Source: Ignavibacteria bacterium (GTDB taxonomy: Bacteria > Bacteroidota > Ignavibacteria > Tepidaquicellales > Tepidaquicellaceae). From it: a stretch of 64,000 bases of DNA. Positions 1 to 9,594 of this stretch are shown piece by piece (position 1 is the stretch's first letter; each line of letters begins with the position of its first letter). A program made the position numbers and the translations under genes. The stretch spans positions 291,546-355,545 of the forward strand of contig JADJMZ010000007.1 of the NCBI GenBank assembly GCA_016709315.1. Reading direction: 5' to 3'. Below the pieces are notes generated by a model. It did not search any database, was not told where the DNA came from, and saw only the letters and a program-made list of their open reading frames with translations.

Positions 1-1
1 A

Positions 2-1030
2 ATGGACAGTGTTATCTCAAATTCTTCAATGTGGGGAGTGATGAATGATTATTATCTTAAGGACAATTCATCTGTTCCGAGCGGAACAAATTACAAAGTA
101 CCTCTCGATTCAAACAGAAATTACACCTCTGAAGATTATTTCATTATGGCTAAAACTATCGAGCCGAGATTTTCACTCTGGCAGGAATACGGTTTCAGAA
201 AATTAACGGAAGACAGCATCACAACTTCAGAATACATTTTAAAATATCTTGATACCGAAGATCACAGAGCGGGACTTGTGCTCAGGAATCTTGCTTTTAA
301 AATTGGTTACACTATTGGGAATGTATTTGTGGAAAGACTCAGGAAGCATATTTATTCAATGAATGCAAGACCGGTATTCAATGAGAATCAGCTTGCATAC
401 ATTTGTTATCTTTTCGGAGAGACGGGAAATCCCGCCGGTAAAGAAGAGCTCCTTATGCTTACAAATGATGAAAATATAAGAGTCAGAAGTGCAGCGGTAA
501 ACGCTCTTGGTAAATTAAAAATAGATCCCGCTGATACTCAGTTCACTGCTAATGCTTCACAACGCCTTCGTGAACTAGCCGGTGAAAGATCAATTTATAA
601 AATGCTGAATAAAGACATAGCGTTTGCATTAAAAAAATATAAATCATCCGGAAACATACCTGTATTTATTGAAATGATGAACTACGATTACTTCGGAGTG
701 CGGTTTATAGCTTCAGAAAACCTGAAGAATTACGGAAACGAGTATTTGAAATTCTTAGATGAAAATACATTTATAAATATTTCATATGAGAAAAAATGGT
801 TTCAGGCATTTCTATATTCAGTAGTGAATATTGATGATAAAGAATTCAGAGAACTTTACAATAAAATCTCCAATACTGATCTGGCAAAAGATGAAATAAT
901 AAAAATTAATATTATAAGTCTGCTAAAGATTAAAAAAGACAAGTCAGCTGATAATGATTTCAGATCATGGTCGGAGAGACTTATTACAGATTTAGAGTCT
1001 GAATCAAAAATTAAACTTAAAGTAAAGTAA
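2..1030 (+). CDS. HEAT-like repeat protein, possibly 5' truncated by the window edge
   Basis: Long ORF opening at base 2. Helical repeat motifs such as NIRVRSAAVNALGKLK resemble HEAT/PBS-lyase repeats. No catalytic motif recognised. Confidence 0.5.
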   Translation: MDSVISNSSMWGVMNDYYLKDNSSVPSGTNYKVPLDSNRNYTSEDYFIMAKTIEPRFSLWQEYGFRKLTEDSITTSEYILKYLDTEDHRAGLVLRNLAFKIGYTIGNVFVERLRKHIYSMNARPVFNENQLAYICYLFGETGNPAGKEELLMLTNDENIRVRSAAVNALGKLKIDPADTQFTANASQRLRELAGERSIYKMLNKDIAFALKKYKSSGNIPVFIEMMNYDYFGVRFIASENLKNYGNEYLKFLDENTFINISYEKKWFQAFLYSVVNIDDKEFRELYNKISNTDLAKDEIIKINIISLLKIKKDKSADNDFRSWSERLITDLESESKIKLKVK

Positions 1031-1367
1031 GCTGATAGTTAAAAAATTAGTTTACCTAATTTTAATATTAAATGTTTTAATAAGACATTGACATTTAAAT
1101 TTATTCACTTTAGCTTTGCGTAATCACTGATTTAAATTTATATAGCTTCAGACAAAACTCTGAATATCACAGAAAAATTAAATTATAACTCACCCCCCGA
1201 ATAGTTATAATAGTTCTCTGAAAAATAAATTATAAATTATATAAGTAAATTAAGGAGAATAAAATGAATTCTCTCTACTGCAGTCCAAAAGTTTATTCCA
1301 TCCAAAATATTTCAATTTCAAATTTTAGTTCCACAAAAACATATTTATTAACTAAAAAAAACAAAAC

Positions 1368-3110
1368 ATGAAAAAACTTGTTTCACTTGCCCTGTTATTT
1401 GTTTTAGCTTTCGGATCAATGATATCCAAAGCGCAGGACAGCCAGCAGTCTGACTACGACAGACAAAAACGCAACACGCCTTATGTTCCGCCAACATCAA
1501 AAGCTCCGGTCAATGTTACCGGTAATCACAGTATTCTAAATTTAACAAATTGTCCTCAGAGTGACAGACCTACTTGTCTGAAAGAAGCATTTGATACATT
1601 AACATGGACTAAATGCCCGATGACATTCAGTACTGACGGATTCAGGAATGACGACGGTTCGTCCGCTGCTATTCCGCTTCCGTTCAATTTCAATCTGTAC
1701 GGAACAAACTATAATCAGGTATTTATCAATAACAACGGAAACTTAACATTTACTACATCATTGGCAACATTTACTCCATTTGCTTTTCCGAGTACTCCAT
1801 TGGCAATCGTAGCACCATTCTTTGCTGATGTTGATACAAGAAATCTTGCAAGCGGCGTGGTCTGGTATAAATTTACAGGAAACAGATTAGCTGTAACCTG
1901 GGATAGTACAGGTTATTTTGGTTCGCATGCTGATAAACTTAATACATTTCAGTGCATAATTTCCGACGGTCTGGATCCATTCTTAGGACTTGGAAACAAC
2001 GTCTGCTTCAGTTACGGCGATATGGAATGGACAACCGGTGATGCATCAGGTGGTGTCGGAGGTTTCTTCGGAGCACCTGCAACAGTCGGTATTAATGAAG
2101 GAAACGGAATTGATTATGCTACACTCGGAAGATTTGACAGACCGGGAACATATTACGGAGGTCCGGGAGTTGATTCAAACGGAGTCAGCTATCTTGACTG
2201 TCAGAATTTCTGTCTTAATGTATCAAACGTTGGAAACATCTGCCCGGTAGCTCAGAATTTCCCGGGAGGCGCTGTTAATATTACTGCCGGAACACCATAC
2301 GTAAGTCAATATGCATTTACAGCTCCTGAAGTAACTCAGATCACATCAGGCGGCGTTACAGGCGTTCCTCCTGGAATGTCTGTTAACATAACTAACGGTG
2401 TAACCTGTACTTTTGATGTATCATGGAATCCATCATGTTCTCAGGCAGGAACATACCAGGTTTGTTTCTCAGGTATTGACAATGCAACAGTGCCATGTAC
2501 AACAACGGTATGCGTAACTTATGTAGTTGACTGTCCGCTGCCTGTTGAATTGTCATCATTCACATCAGCAGTTTCAGGAAGAGATGTATCACTAAACTGG
2601 TCAACGGCTTCAGAAGAGAACAATGCAAGATTTGAAATCGAAAGATCATCAACAGAGAACATCTGGACAAAAGTCGGTTCAGTTAACGGTAACGGAACAA
2701 CAACCAACCCTCATTCATATTCATTCACGGACAGAGGACTTTCTTCAGGAAATTATTCATTCAGACTTAAACAAATAGATTTCAACGGTAACTTCCAGTA
2801 TTACAACCTCAGCAATGAAGTAGTGATCGGAACACCGGACAATTTCAGTTTAACTCAGAATTATCCGAATCCTTTTAATCCGTCAACAAAGATAAGCTAT
2901 TCAATTCCTTCAGAAGGAAAAGTAAGCTTGTCTATCTTTGATATGACAGGTAAAGAAGTAAAATCTCTCGTAAACAGCGAACAAACAGCAGGATATTATT
3001 CGGTCAGTTTTGACGGAAGCAGTCTTGCAAGCGGAGTATACTATTACAGAGTAACAGTAACCGGTCAAAATAATTTTGTTGCTACAAGAAAGATGTTACT
3101 TGTAAAATAA
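1368..3110 (+). CDS. Secreted protein with NIDO-like domain and T9SS C-terminal sorting domain
   Basis: Signal peptide MKKLVSLALLFVLAFGSMISKAQ. FNFNLYGTNYNQVFINNNGNLTF...APFFADVDTR resembles the nidogen-type NIDO domain. C-terminus NYPNPFNPSTKISY...RKMLLVK is a Por/T9SS type A tail. Confidence 0.85.
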   Translation: MKKLVSLALLFVLAFGSMISKAQDSQQSDYDRQKRNTPYVPPTSKAPVNVTGNHSILNLTNCPQSDRPTCLKEAFDTLTWTKCPMTFSTDGFRNDDGSSAAIPLPFNFNLYGTNYNQVFINNNGNLTFTTSLATFTPFAFPSTPLAIVAPFFADVDTRNLASGVVWYKFTGNRLAVTWDSTGYFGSHADKLNTFQCIISDGLDPFLGLGNNVCFSYGDMEWTTGDASGGVGGFFGAPATVGINEGNGIDYATLGRFDRPGTYYGGPGVDSNGVSYLDCQNFCLNVSNVGNICPVAQNFPGGAVNITAGTPYVSQYAFTAPEVTQITSGGVTGVPPGMSVNITNGVTCTFDVSWNPSCSQAGTYQVCFSGIDNATVPCTTTVCVTYVVDCPLPVELSSFTSAVSGRDVSLNWSTASEENNARFEIERSSTENIWTKVGSVNGNGTTTNPHSYSFTDRGLSSGNYSFRLKQIDFNGNFQYYNLSNEVVIGTPDNFSLTQNYPNPFNPSTKISYSIPSEGKVSLSIFDMTGKEVKSLVNSEQTAGYYSVSFDGSSLASGVYYYRVTVTGQNNFVATRKMLLVK

Positions 3111-3138
3111 AATTAAGTTAACAGTAACAAGCTTTATC

Positions 3139-3175
3139 AAGCCCTGTTCATTTATTTGAACAGGGCTTTTTTTTA
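3139..3175 (+). terminator. Rho-independent terminator
   Basis: Perfect stem aagccctgttca / tgaacagggctt followed by a T-run, 29 nt after the stop at 3110. Confidence 0.8.
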
Positions 3176-3236
3176 TTAAATATACTTTGTATTCTAAATT
3201 GAACAAGGGTTTAAATTTCGATATATTTGACATATA

Positions 3237-4313
3237 ATGAAGAAAATAATTTTATTATCCATTGCATTTATTTTAGGTGGATTAAATTCTTTTGCAAATG
3301 ATTTTTCAAAGGCAGAGGATATAATTACTCAGAGCATTGCAAAGAATTATTTTCCGGGTGCACAGTTGATTGTAGGAGATGATGATAAAATTATTTATGA
3401 GAAGTCATTCGGGAATTTTACCTATGATGAATTTTCTCCGGCTGTAACTGATGAGAGTATATATGATCTTGCATCTCTTACGAAAGTAATTGCCACAACT
3501 TCAGCAATTATGAAACTTTATCAGGAAGGCAAAATTGATATTAACGATAAGGTTGTAAAGTATATTCCTGAATTTGCAAATAACGGAAAAGAGAACATAA
3601 ATATTCTTAATTTACTTTTACATAATTCAGGACTTAAAGCATTTATTCCTTTTTATAAATATTATTCTACAAAGGAAGAAGTAATTAATGCGATTTACAA
3701 TGCGGAACTTGATTACGAACCCGATACGAAATTTGTGTACAGCGATCTGAATGCAATACTTCTGGGATTTATAGTTGAAAAGGTTTCAGAGCAAAGTCTG
3801 GATAAATATTGTAAAGAAAATATATTCGAACCTTTAGGAATGAGATCAACTACTTTTCTTCCGGATGACAAAATGAAGGAAAGAATTCCGCCGACTGAAA
3901 ATGATACTTACTGGCGGAACAGACTGCTTAAAGGAGAAGTGCATGATGAAGCCGCATCGATACTTGGCGGAGTTGCCGGCAATGCAGGACTTTTTTCCAA
4001 TGCAGAAGATCTTTACAAATTTATGAGATTGCTGCTTAATAATGGAAGTTATTATAATCCATATTCAAGAGGACTGAAAGAAGAAAAGCTTTTTGAACCG
4101 GAATATGTATCGCTGTTCACAAAAAGATTTACGGAAGTATTCTATACTAATTCAAGAGCTCTCGGCTGGGATACAAAACCGGATGTGCTTACTTCCAAAT
4201 ACAGAATGCCCTGCGGTGAATTAATCTCGGACAACTGTTTCGGGCATACAGGTTATACAGGAACAAGTGGGAACAGTGTATTGCTGAGAGTGGGGAGCCG
4301 AATGCGGCGATAA
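3237..4313 (+). CDS. Serine hydrolase of the beta-lactamase (class C / PBP4*-like) family, 3' end aberrant
   Basis: Signal peptide; SxxK motif in ASLTKVIAT; YSDLN; HTGYTGTS (KTG-equivalent). After that motif the frame reads GNSVLLRVGSRMRR-stop, which is not the expected continuation. Confidence 0.7.
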   Translation: MKKIILLSIAFILGGLNSFANDFSKAEDIITQSIAKNYFPGAQLIVGDDDKIIYEKSFGNFTYDEFSPAVTDESIYDLASLTKVIATTSAIMKLYQEGKIDINDKVVKYIPEFANNGKENINILNLLLHNSGLKAFIPFYKYYSTKEEVINAIYNAELDYEPDTKFVYSDLNAILLGFIVEKVSEQSLDKYCKENIFEPLGMRSTTFLPDDKMKERIPPTENDTYWRNRLLKGEVHDEAASILGGVAGNAGLFSNAEDLYKFMRLLLNNGSYYNPYSRGLKEEKLFEPEYVSLFTKRFTEVFYTNSRALGWDTKPDVLTSKYRMPCGELISDNCFGHTGYTGTSGNSVLLRVGSRMRR

Positions 4314-4477
4314 AGCCCAAATAATTAAAATTCTATTTATCAGAATACTATTGATCCGAAAGTTATTGAAAAAATGTGGAATGTAAAATTTATAGAAAAG
4401 CAAATAAATATTGGGGGATTAAAAAAGAAATTCGATTATGTTTCGGAAGATGGTAATCATAGGGTTTTGTTAAAGAA

Positions 4478-4569
4478 TTAAAATTAAAAAAAAAAAAATT
4501 ATTGAAAAAAAAATTTTAATTTTTTTAAAAAAAAAAAAATTCTTTTTTGTGTGGGGGGGGGGGGGGGGG
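4478..4569. repeat. Low-complexity homopolymer patch (A/T runs ending in about 17 consecutive G)
   Basis: Read directly: aaattaaaaaaaaaaaaaatt...ttttaaaaaaaaaaaaatt...gtg then G x17. Out of character for this AT-rich, otherwise complex sequence. Confidence 0.9.
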
Positions 4570-4612
4570 AAGACTTTAATTATCTGAAAGAATTGAGAAG
4601 GGATATGAATAA

Positions 4613-5004
4613 ATGGAAAACGAAATATTAGTTGATACTTCAGTAATTATTGAACATTTAAAAGCTCAAAAAAAAGATTCAACTTTACTGTATAGATTAT
4701 CGTTGAAATATTCATTGTGCATTTCTTCAATAATAAGTTTTGAGCTTTATTGCGGGGCAATAGATAATACAAAAAAGATGAAAGAAATTCGAAGTTTAGT
4801 CGGCAGTTTTAAGATTTATGATTTTACAAATTATCTGAAATTCACGTTTTTGGATCTTAAATCAAAAGAAAATTAAATTGCAAAAAAAATATTTTTTTTT
4901 TTTGGACTGCATTAACAAACAATTTAAGACTTTGTACACTAAACACAAAACATTTTTCAAGGATACATAATTTGAAACTAATAAATAATAAAAGGTTAAA
5001 TTAA
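4613..5004 (+). pseudogene. vapC: PIN-domain toxin (VapC-like), interrupted at 4882-4903 by a homopolymer patch
   Basis: N-terminus ILVDTSVIIEHLK is a PIN signature. The ORF stops at 4876. The C-terminal PIN segment WTALTNNLRLCTLNTKHFSRIHNLKL resumes in a different frame from 4903 and ends at 5004. Confidence 0.65.
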
Positions 5005-5007
5005 AAG

Positions 5008-6564
5008 ATGAAACTATCAAAATTCAAAAACGAACCGTTTACAGATTTTTCAAAAAAGAAAAATGCTCAGGAGTTTGAAAAAGCTCTCGGGAAAGTCACT
5101 GCAAGATTTAATAAAGAATATCCTAATACCATAGGCGGAGAAAAGTTTTTTACTGAAAAAAAACATTATTCTTATAATCCTTCCAGCAAAGAAGAAATTG
5201 TCGGTGTGTTCCAGAAAGGAACTGCTGAGATGGCTATTAAAGCAGTGGAGATAGCTAACAATACATTCCATGAGTGGAAAAATGTTCCTGTGAAGAAAAG
5301 AGTTAAGTTTCTCGTTGAAGCAGCAAAAATAATGAGAAAAAGAAAGCATGAATTTTCCGCAATGATGGTATATGAAGTAGGTAAGAACTGGGCTGAAGCG
5401 GACGGAGATACTGCAGAGGCAATTGATTTTATGGAATATTATGCAAGGGAAATGCTAAGATATGATGATGGAATGTCCGTTGTCAGCAATCCGGGTGAGA
5501 AAAATAAATGCGAATACATACCGCTTGGTGTCGGAGTAGTAATTCCGCCATGGAATTTCCCGCTTGCAATTCTTGCAGGAATGACAACAGCGGCAGTCGT
5601 TACCGGAAATACAGTTGTATTAAAACCTTCAAGCGACTCCCCTGCCATTGCGCAGATGTTCTTTGAACTTCTTGAAGAAATAAAACTTCCCAAAGGTGTC
5701 GTAAATTTTCTTGTAGGAGACGGAAGCGCAATCGGAGATCTTATTGTTACTCATCCTCTGACAAGATTCATTTCATTTACGGGATCAATGGAAGTCGGTC
5801 TCAGGATAAATGAACTTGCAGCGAAGAAGCAGCCAACTCAGATATGGATCAAAAGAGTTGTTGCTGAAATGGGAGGTAAGGATTCCATATTAGTTGACAG
5901 CGAATTAATTGATTTCAATGATACAGTAAAAGGCACAGTGCAGGCGGCATTCGGATATCAGGGACAGAAATGCTCTGCTTGTTCGAGAGTCATAGTAGAT
6001 GAAAAGATTTATGATAAATTCTGCGCAGCGCTTGTAGAAGAGACTAAAAAAATAAAAGTAGGAGCAACAATATTGAATCCGAATATGGGACCGGTAATTA
6101 ACGAAAGATCAAAAAACAGTATAACTGATTATATTAAGAAAGCAATTGATGAAGGCGGAAAGATAATACACGGTGGGATGGAGTTAAGTGATAATGGATA
6201 TTTTATTCAGCCGACGATCATCAGAGATGTTGACAGAGACGCTACAATCGCTCAGGAAGAAATATTCGGACCAGTGCTTGCAGTAATAAAGTCGAAAGAT
6301 TTTGATGACGGAATGGCAATTGCAAATAATACAATTTACGGACTTACAGGAGCCGTTTATACTAAAAGCAAAAAGAAACTTGAAAAAGCAGAGAGAGATT
6401 TCTTTGTAGGCAATCTTTATCTTAACAGAAAATGCACCGGAGCTCTTGTGGGTGTTCATCCTTTCGGAGGATTTAACATGAGCGGTACAGATTCAAAAGC
6501 CGGCGGCAGAGATTATCTGGGTTTATTTATGCAGGCAAAATCTATTGCTCAGAAAATTAAATAA
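5008..6564 (+). CDS. pruA: 1-pyrroline-5-carboxylate (L-glutamate gamma-semialdehyde) dehydrogenase
   Basis: 518 aa aldehyde dehydrogenase. N-terminus KNEPFTDFS...INGEK-type and EADGDTAEAIDFMEYYAREM match the RocA/PruA subfamily. Catalytic FGYQGQKCSACSR and EMGGKDS are present. Confidence 0.9.
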   Translation: MKLSKFKNEPFTDFSKKKNAQEFEKALGKVTARFNKEYPNTIGGEKFFTEKKHYSYNPSSKEEIVGVFQKGTAEMAIKAVEIANNTFHEWKNVPVKKRVKFLVEAAKIMRKRKHEFSAMMVYEVGKNWAEADGDTAEAIDFMEYYAREMLRYDDGMSVVSNPGEKNKCEYIPLGVGVVIPPWNFPLAILAGMTTAAVVTGNTVVLKPSSDSPAIAQMFFELLEEIKLPKGVVNFLVGDGSAIGDLIVTHPLTRFISFTGSMEVGLRINELAAKKQPTQIWIKRVVAEMGGKDSILVDSELIDFNDTVKGTVQAAFGYQGQKCSACSRVIVDEKIYDKFCAALVEETKKIKVGATILNPNMGPVINERSKNSITDYIKKAIDEGGKIIHGGMELSDNGYFIQPTIIRDVDRDATIAQEEIFGPVLAVIKSKDFDDGMAIANNTIYGLTGAVYTKSKKKLEKAERDFFVGNLYLNRKCTGALVGVHPFGGFNMSGTDSKAGGRDYLGLFMQAKSIAQKIK

Positions 6565-6580
6565 ATATTTTGTTAAGAGA

Positions 6581-6835
6581 ATGAAATTATTTTTCATAAA
6601 TATATTATCATTACTGCTGATAATTTATTTATTTAGCGGATGCGGCAAGTCTGAACTGGAATCAGAGAAAGAAATACTCAGAAAGAAAGCTTCCGAACTT
6701 AAAGAAAAGATAGATTCCTCTCAGGCAAAGGTGGATTCGGCAAAAAAATTACTTGACAGCGCAATCAATAAAGCAAAGAAAGAATCTGAAACAATAGATT
6801 CACTGAAGAAGAAAATTGAATCACTTAAGAAATAG
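6581..6835 (+). CDS. Small coiled-coil lipoprotein
   Basis: MKLFFINILSLLLIIYLFSGC lipobox followed by a K/E-rich helical region. The ATG at 6581 is preferred over the TTG at 6545, which overlaps pruA. Confidence 0.55.
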   Translation: MKLFFINILSLLLIIYLFSGCGKSELESEKEILRKKASELKEKIDSSQAKVDSAKKLLDSAINKAKKESETIDSLKKKIESLKK

Positions 6836-6856
6836 AATTTAACTAAACAATAAATT

Positions 6857-7150
6857 ATGAAAGCTAAAATAATTTTATTAGTATCGGTTTTTGTCTTATT
6901 TAACTTCACCGGTTGTGAAAAATTAGGGAATAAACTTCAGGAAAAGATAAATGAAAAGGTAGATCAGAAGATAGATGAGAATCTTAAAAAAGTGGATTCT
7001 GTACTGAAAGATGTTGGATCTCAGCTCGACACAATGCAGGATAAATCTTTCAGATCACTTGATTCTGTAAAATACAAACTTGATTCTGCAAATCAGCAGA
7101 TAAAAGAGCTTATCGAAAAACAAAAAGAAAAATTAGATTTAAAAAAATAA
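6857..7150 (+). CDS. Small coiled-coil lipoprotein (similar architecture to 6581-6835)
   Basis: MKAKIILLVSVFVLFNFTGC lipobox, then a K/E/D-rich helical region. Confidence 0.55.
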   Translation: MKAKIILLVSVFVLFNFTGCEKLGNKLQEKINEKVDQKIDENLKKVDSVLKDVGSQLDTMQDKSFRSLDSVKYKLDSANQQIKELIEKQKEKLDLKK

Positions 7151-7163
7151 TAAAAAATAAAAA

Positions 7164-8384
7164 ATGAAAATTCACGAGTATCAGGCAAAATCTTTATTGA
7201 AGAAATACGATGTACCGGTGCAGGAAGGACTGGCTATTAACGACATGAAATATTTTGATGATGTAATATCAGTATTAAAAGAAAAAGGCATATCGCAGTT
7301 TGTAGTAAAGTCGCAGATACATGCCGGAGGAAGAGGCAAGGGTAAAGTTTACAGCAAAGAGAACAGAGACGAACTTGTAGTAGAGGGAGGTGTTAAATTC
7401 ATCGGAAGCGATTCTGAAAAAGGAAAAGAATACGCTGCCAAACTGCTTGGAAATATTCTTGTTACTCATCAGACCGGAGGCGATGGAAAAGAAGTGCAGA
7501 CATTATTCATCACTGAAGGAATTGACTATAGGAAAGAATTGTATATAGGTATTCTTTTAGACAGGACAATTTCGAAGAATGTGATCATGGCTTCTACTGA
7601 AGGCGGAGTTGAAATTGAAAAAGTTGCTGAAGAAACTCCGGAAAAAATTATTAAAGTATGGATAGATCCTTCAGTCGGTTTGCTTTCATATCAGGCGCGT
7701 GAACTTGCATTCGGTCTTGGACTTGAAGGCAATGTAAATAAAAATTTTATTAAGTTTATTACAAATCTTTACAGAGCTTATGAAGGACTTGACGCTTCCC
7801 TTCTTGAGATCAATCCGATGGTTATTACTGAAGACGATAATGTGATCGCTCTTGATGCCAAAGTTACTCTTGATGACAATTCTTTTTACAGACATAAAGA
7901 TTATCCTGAATTAAAAGATGAGAATGAAGAAGATCCTTTAGAACTTGAAGCTGCAAAATACAATCTCAATTACATAAAGCTTGATGGCAATGTCGGCTGC
8001 ATGGTAAACGGCGCCGGACTTGCAATGGGAACAATGGATCTTATTAAACTTGCGGGCGGCTCTCCGGCAAATTTTCTTGATGTAGGAGGTACGGCGACAC
8101 CTGACACAGTTGAAAACGGATTTAAGATCATTCTCTCTGATAAAAATGTAAAGGCAATCCTTATAAATATATTCGGAGGAATTGTAAGATGTGACAGAGT
8201 TGCAACTGGCGTAGTTCAGGCAGCAAAAAATATAAATATTACTGTTCCTGTGGTGGTAAGACTTCAGGGCACAAATGCAGATGAAGCAAAGAAGATACTT
8301 GATGAATCAGGATTGAATCTGATCTCAGCTACAACACTGGAAGAGGCAGCAGAGAAAGTCACGGAAAGTCTCAGTAAGAATTAA
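7164..8384 (+). CDS. sucC: Succinyl-CoA ligase (ADP-forming) beta subunit
   Basis: MKIHEYQAKSLLKKYDVPV N-terminus, ATP-grasp region, and GCMVNGAGLAMGTMD and NIFGGIVRCD motifs. Confidence 0.92.
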   Translation: MKIHEYQAKSLLKKYDVPVQEGLAINDMKYFDDVISVLKEKGISQFVVKSQIHAGGRGKGKVYSKENRDELVVEGGVKFIGSDSEKGKEYAAKLLGNILVTHQTGGDGKEVQTLFITEGIDYRKELYIGILLDRTISKNVIMASTEGGVEIEKVAEETPEKIIKVWIDPSVGLLSYQARELAFGLGLEGNVNKNFIKFITNLYRAYEGLDASLLEINPMVITEDDNVIALDAKVTLDDNSFYRHKDYPELKDENEEDPLELEAAKYNLNYIKLDGNVGCMVNGAGLAMGTMDLIKLAGGSPANFLDVGGTATPDTVENGFKIILSDKNVKAILINIFGGIVRCDRVATGVVQAAKNINITVPVVVRLQGTNADEAKKILDESGLNLISATTLEEAAEKVTESLSKN

Positions 8385-8508
8385 TTGTTTCTTAAATTGA
8401 TGAAAATAAATTTACGATTATCATCATCGGATTTAACTGAATTATTGTTCAAACTGATTCTATAAAATGAAGATAAATTCCAGATATTTTGAATTATAAA
8501 ATTAAAAA

Positions 8509-9594
8509 TTGGCAAATAACCCATCAGGTAAAGTGAAAATTTCAACTAACGATCTGAAACACGGCTTTGTGAATATAAGCGAAAGTTATTCTTATACTTA
8601 TGATGATATTTCACTTCTTCCCGATCAGATATCGGATATTGAACACAGGTCGGACTGTGATACAGGAATAGATTTTCTTGGACTTCATCTTAAACTGCCT
8701 GTAATAGCTTCACCGATGAATACAGTTTGCGGCGGAAGAATGTCAAACGCCCTTGCTGGTCTCGGATGCCTAGGAATTGTTCACAGATTCAATACTATCG
8801 AAGAACAAATATCTGAGTTAAGTTATAGTGATCTGAAAACCTCTTTATTCAGATCAGCAGCAATCGGGATCAATCTCAAAAAAGATATTCCTAGATTGGA
8901 TATGCTTGCGGATGCAGGTGTAAAAATCTTCTGCATAGACATTGCCAACGGTGGTTCGAAGATGATAGAAGAATTTCTGAATAAAATTCAGGATAAAATT
9001 AAAAGCTTTGATCTTAAAATCATTGCGGGGAATGTCGCGAGTTATGAAACCACTAAGTATCTTATTGATCTTGGAGTTGATTCCATAAGAGTTGGTATTG
9101 GTAACGGAGCAATGTGTTCTACTTCAGTTAAATCAGGAATAGGTATTGGACAGGTTGACGCTATTATCAGATGCCTTAAGGCAAAAAAAGATCTGAACAG
9201 TAAAGTTAAGATCATTGCAGATGGAGGAATATCAACTCCCGGAGCAATGTGTAAAGCTATAGCTCTTGGATGCGATGCAGTTATGTTTGGAAGAGTCCTT
9301 GCAGGAAGCGAAGAAGCTCCAGGAGAAGTTTTAAAATATAATAATCAGCGCTGGAAAAAATACTGCGGAAGCGCTTCTTTTGCAGTCAAACAGGAGAATA
9401 AAAATTATATTGAAGGCGAAGAATCTCTTGTTCCTTATAAAGGTTCGGTAACGAAGATCATTCAGGAATACAGGGAAGGACTTCAGTCATCAATGAGTTA
9501 TTTAAATTCAAGAACTATTAATGAATATCAGCAGAAAGCTACTTTCGTTAAGCTGACAAGCAACTCATTCAATGAACGAAAGCCGCAGATATAA
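8509..9594 (+). CDS. IMP dehydrogenase / GMP reductase family protein without CBS pair
   Basis: TIM-barrel motifs PVIASPMNTV, VGIGNGAMCSTSVKSGIGIGQ (catalytic Cys loop) and IADGGISTPG. 361 aa. Apparent TTG start. Confidence 0.75.
   Translation: MANNPSGKVKISTNDLKHGFVNISESYSYTYDDISLLPDQISDIEHRSDCDTGIDFLGLHLKLPVIASPMNTVCGGRMSNALAGLGCLGIVHRFNTIEEQISELSYSDLKTSLFRSAAIGINLKKDIPRLDMLADAGVKIFCIDIANGGSKMIEEFLNKIQDKIKSFDLKIIAGNVASYETTKYLIDLGVDSIRVGIGNGAMCSTSVKSGIGIGQVDAIIRCLKAKKDLNSKVKIIADGGISTPGAMCKAIALGCDAVMFGRVLAGSEEAPGEVLKYNNQRWKKYCGSASFAVKQENKNYIEGEESLVPYKGSVTKIIQEYREGLQSSMSYLNSRTINEYQQKATFVKLTSNSFNERKPQI

Noticed and set aside
7164-8384. sucC without an adjacent sucD as an anomaly
   Set aside because: Separated sucC and sucD genes occur in several lineages, and sucD may lie elsewhere in the genome. 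This cannot be assessed from one window.
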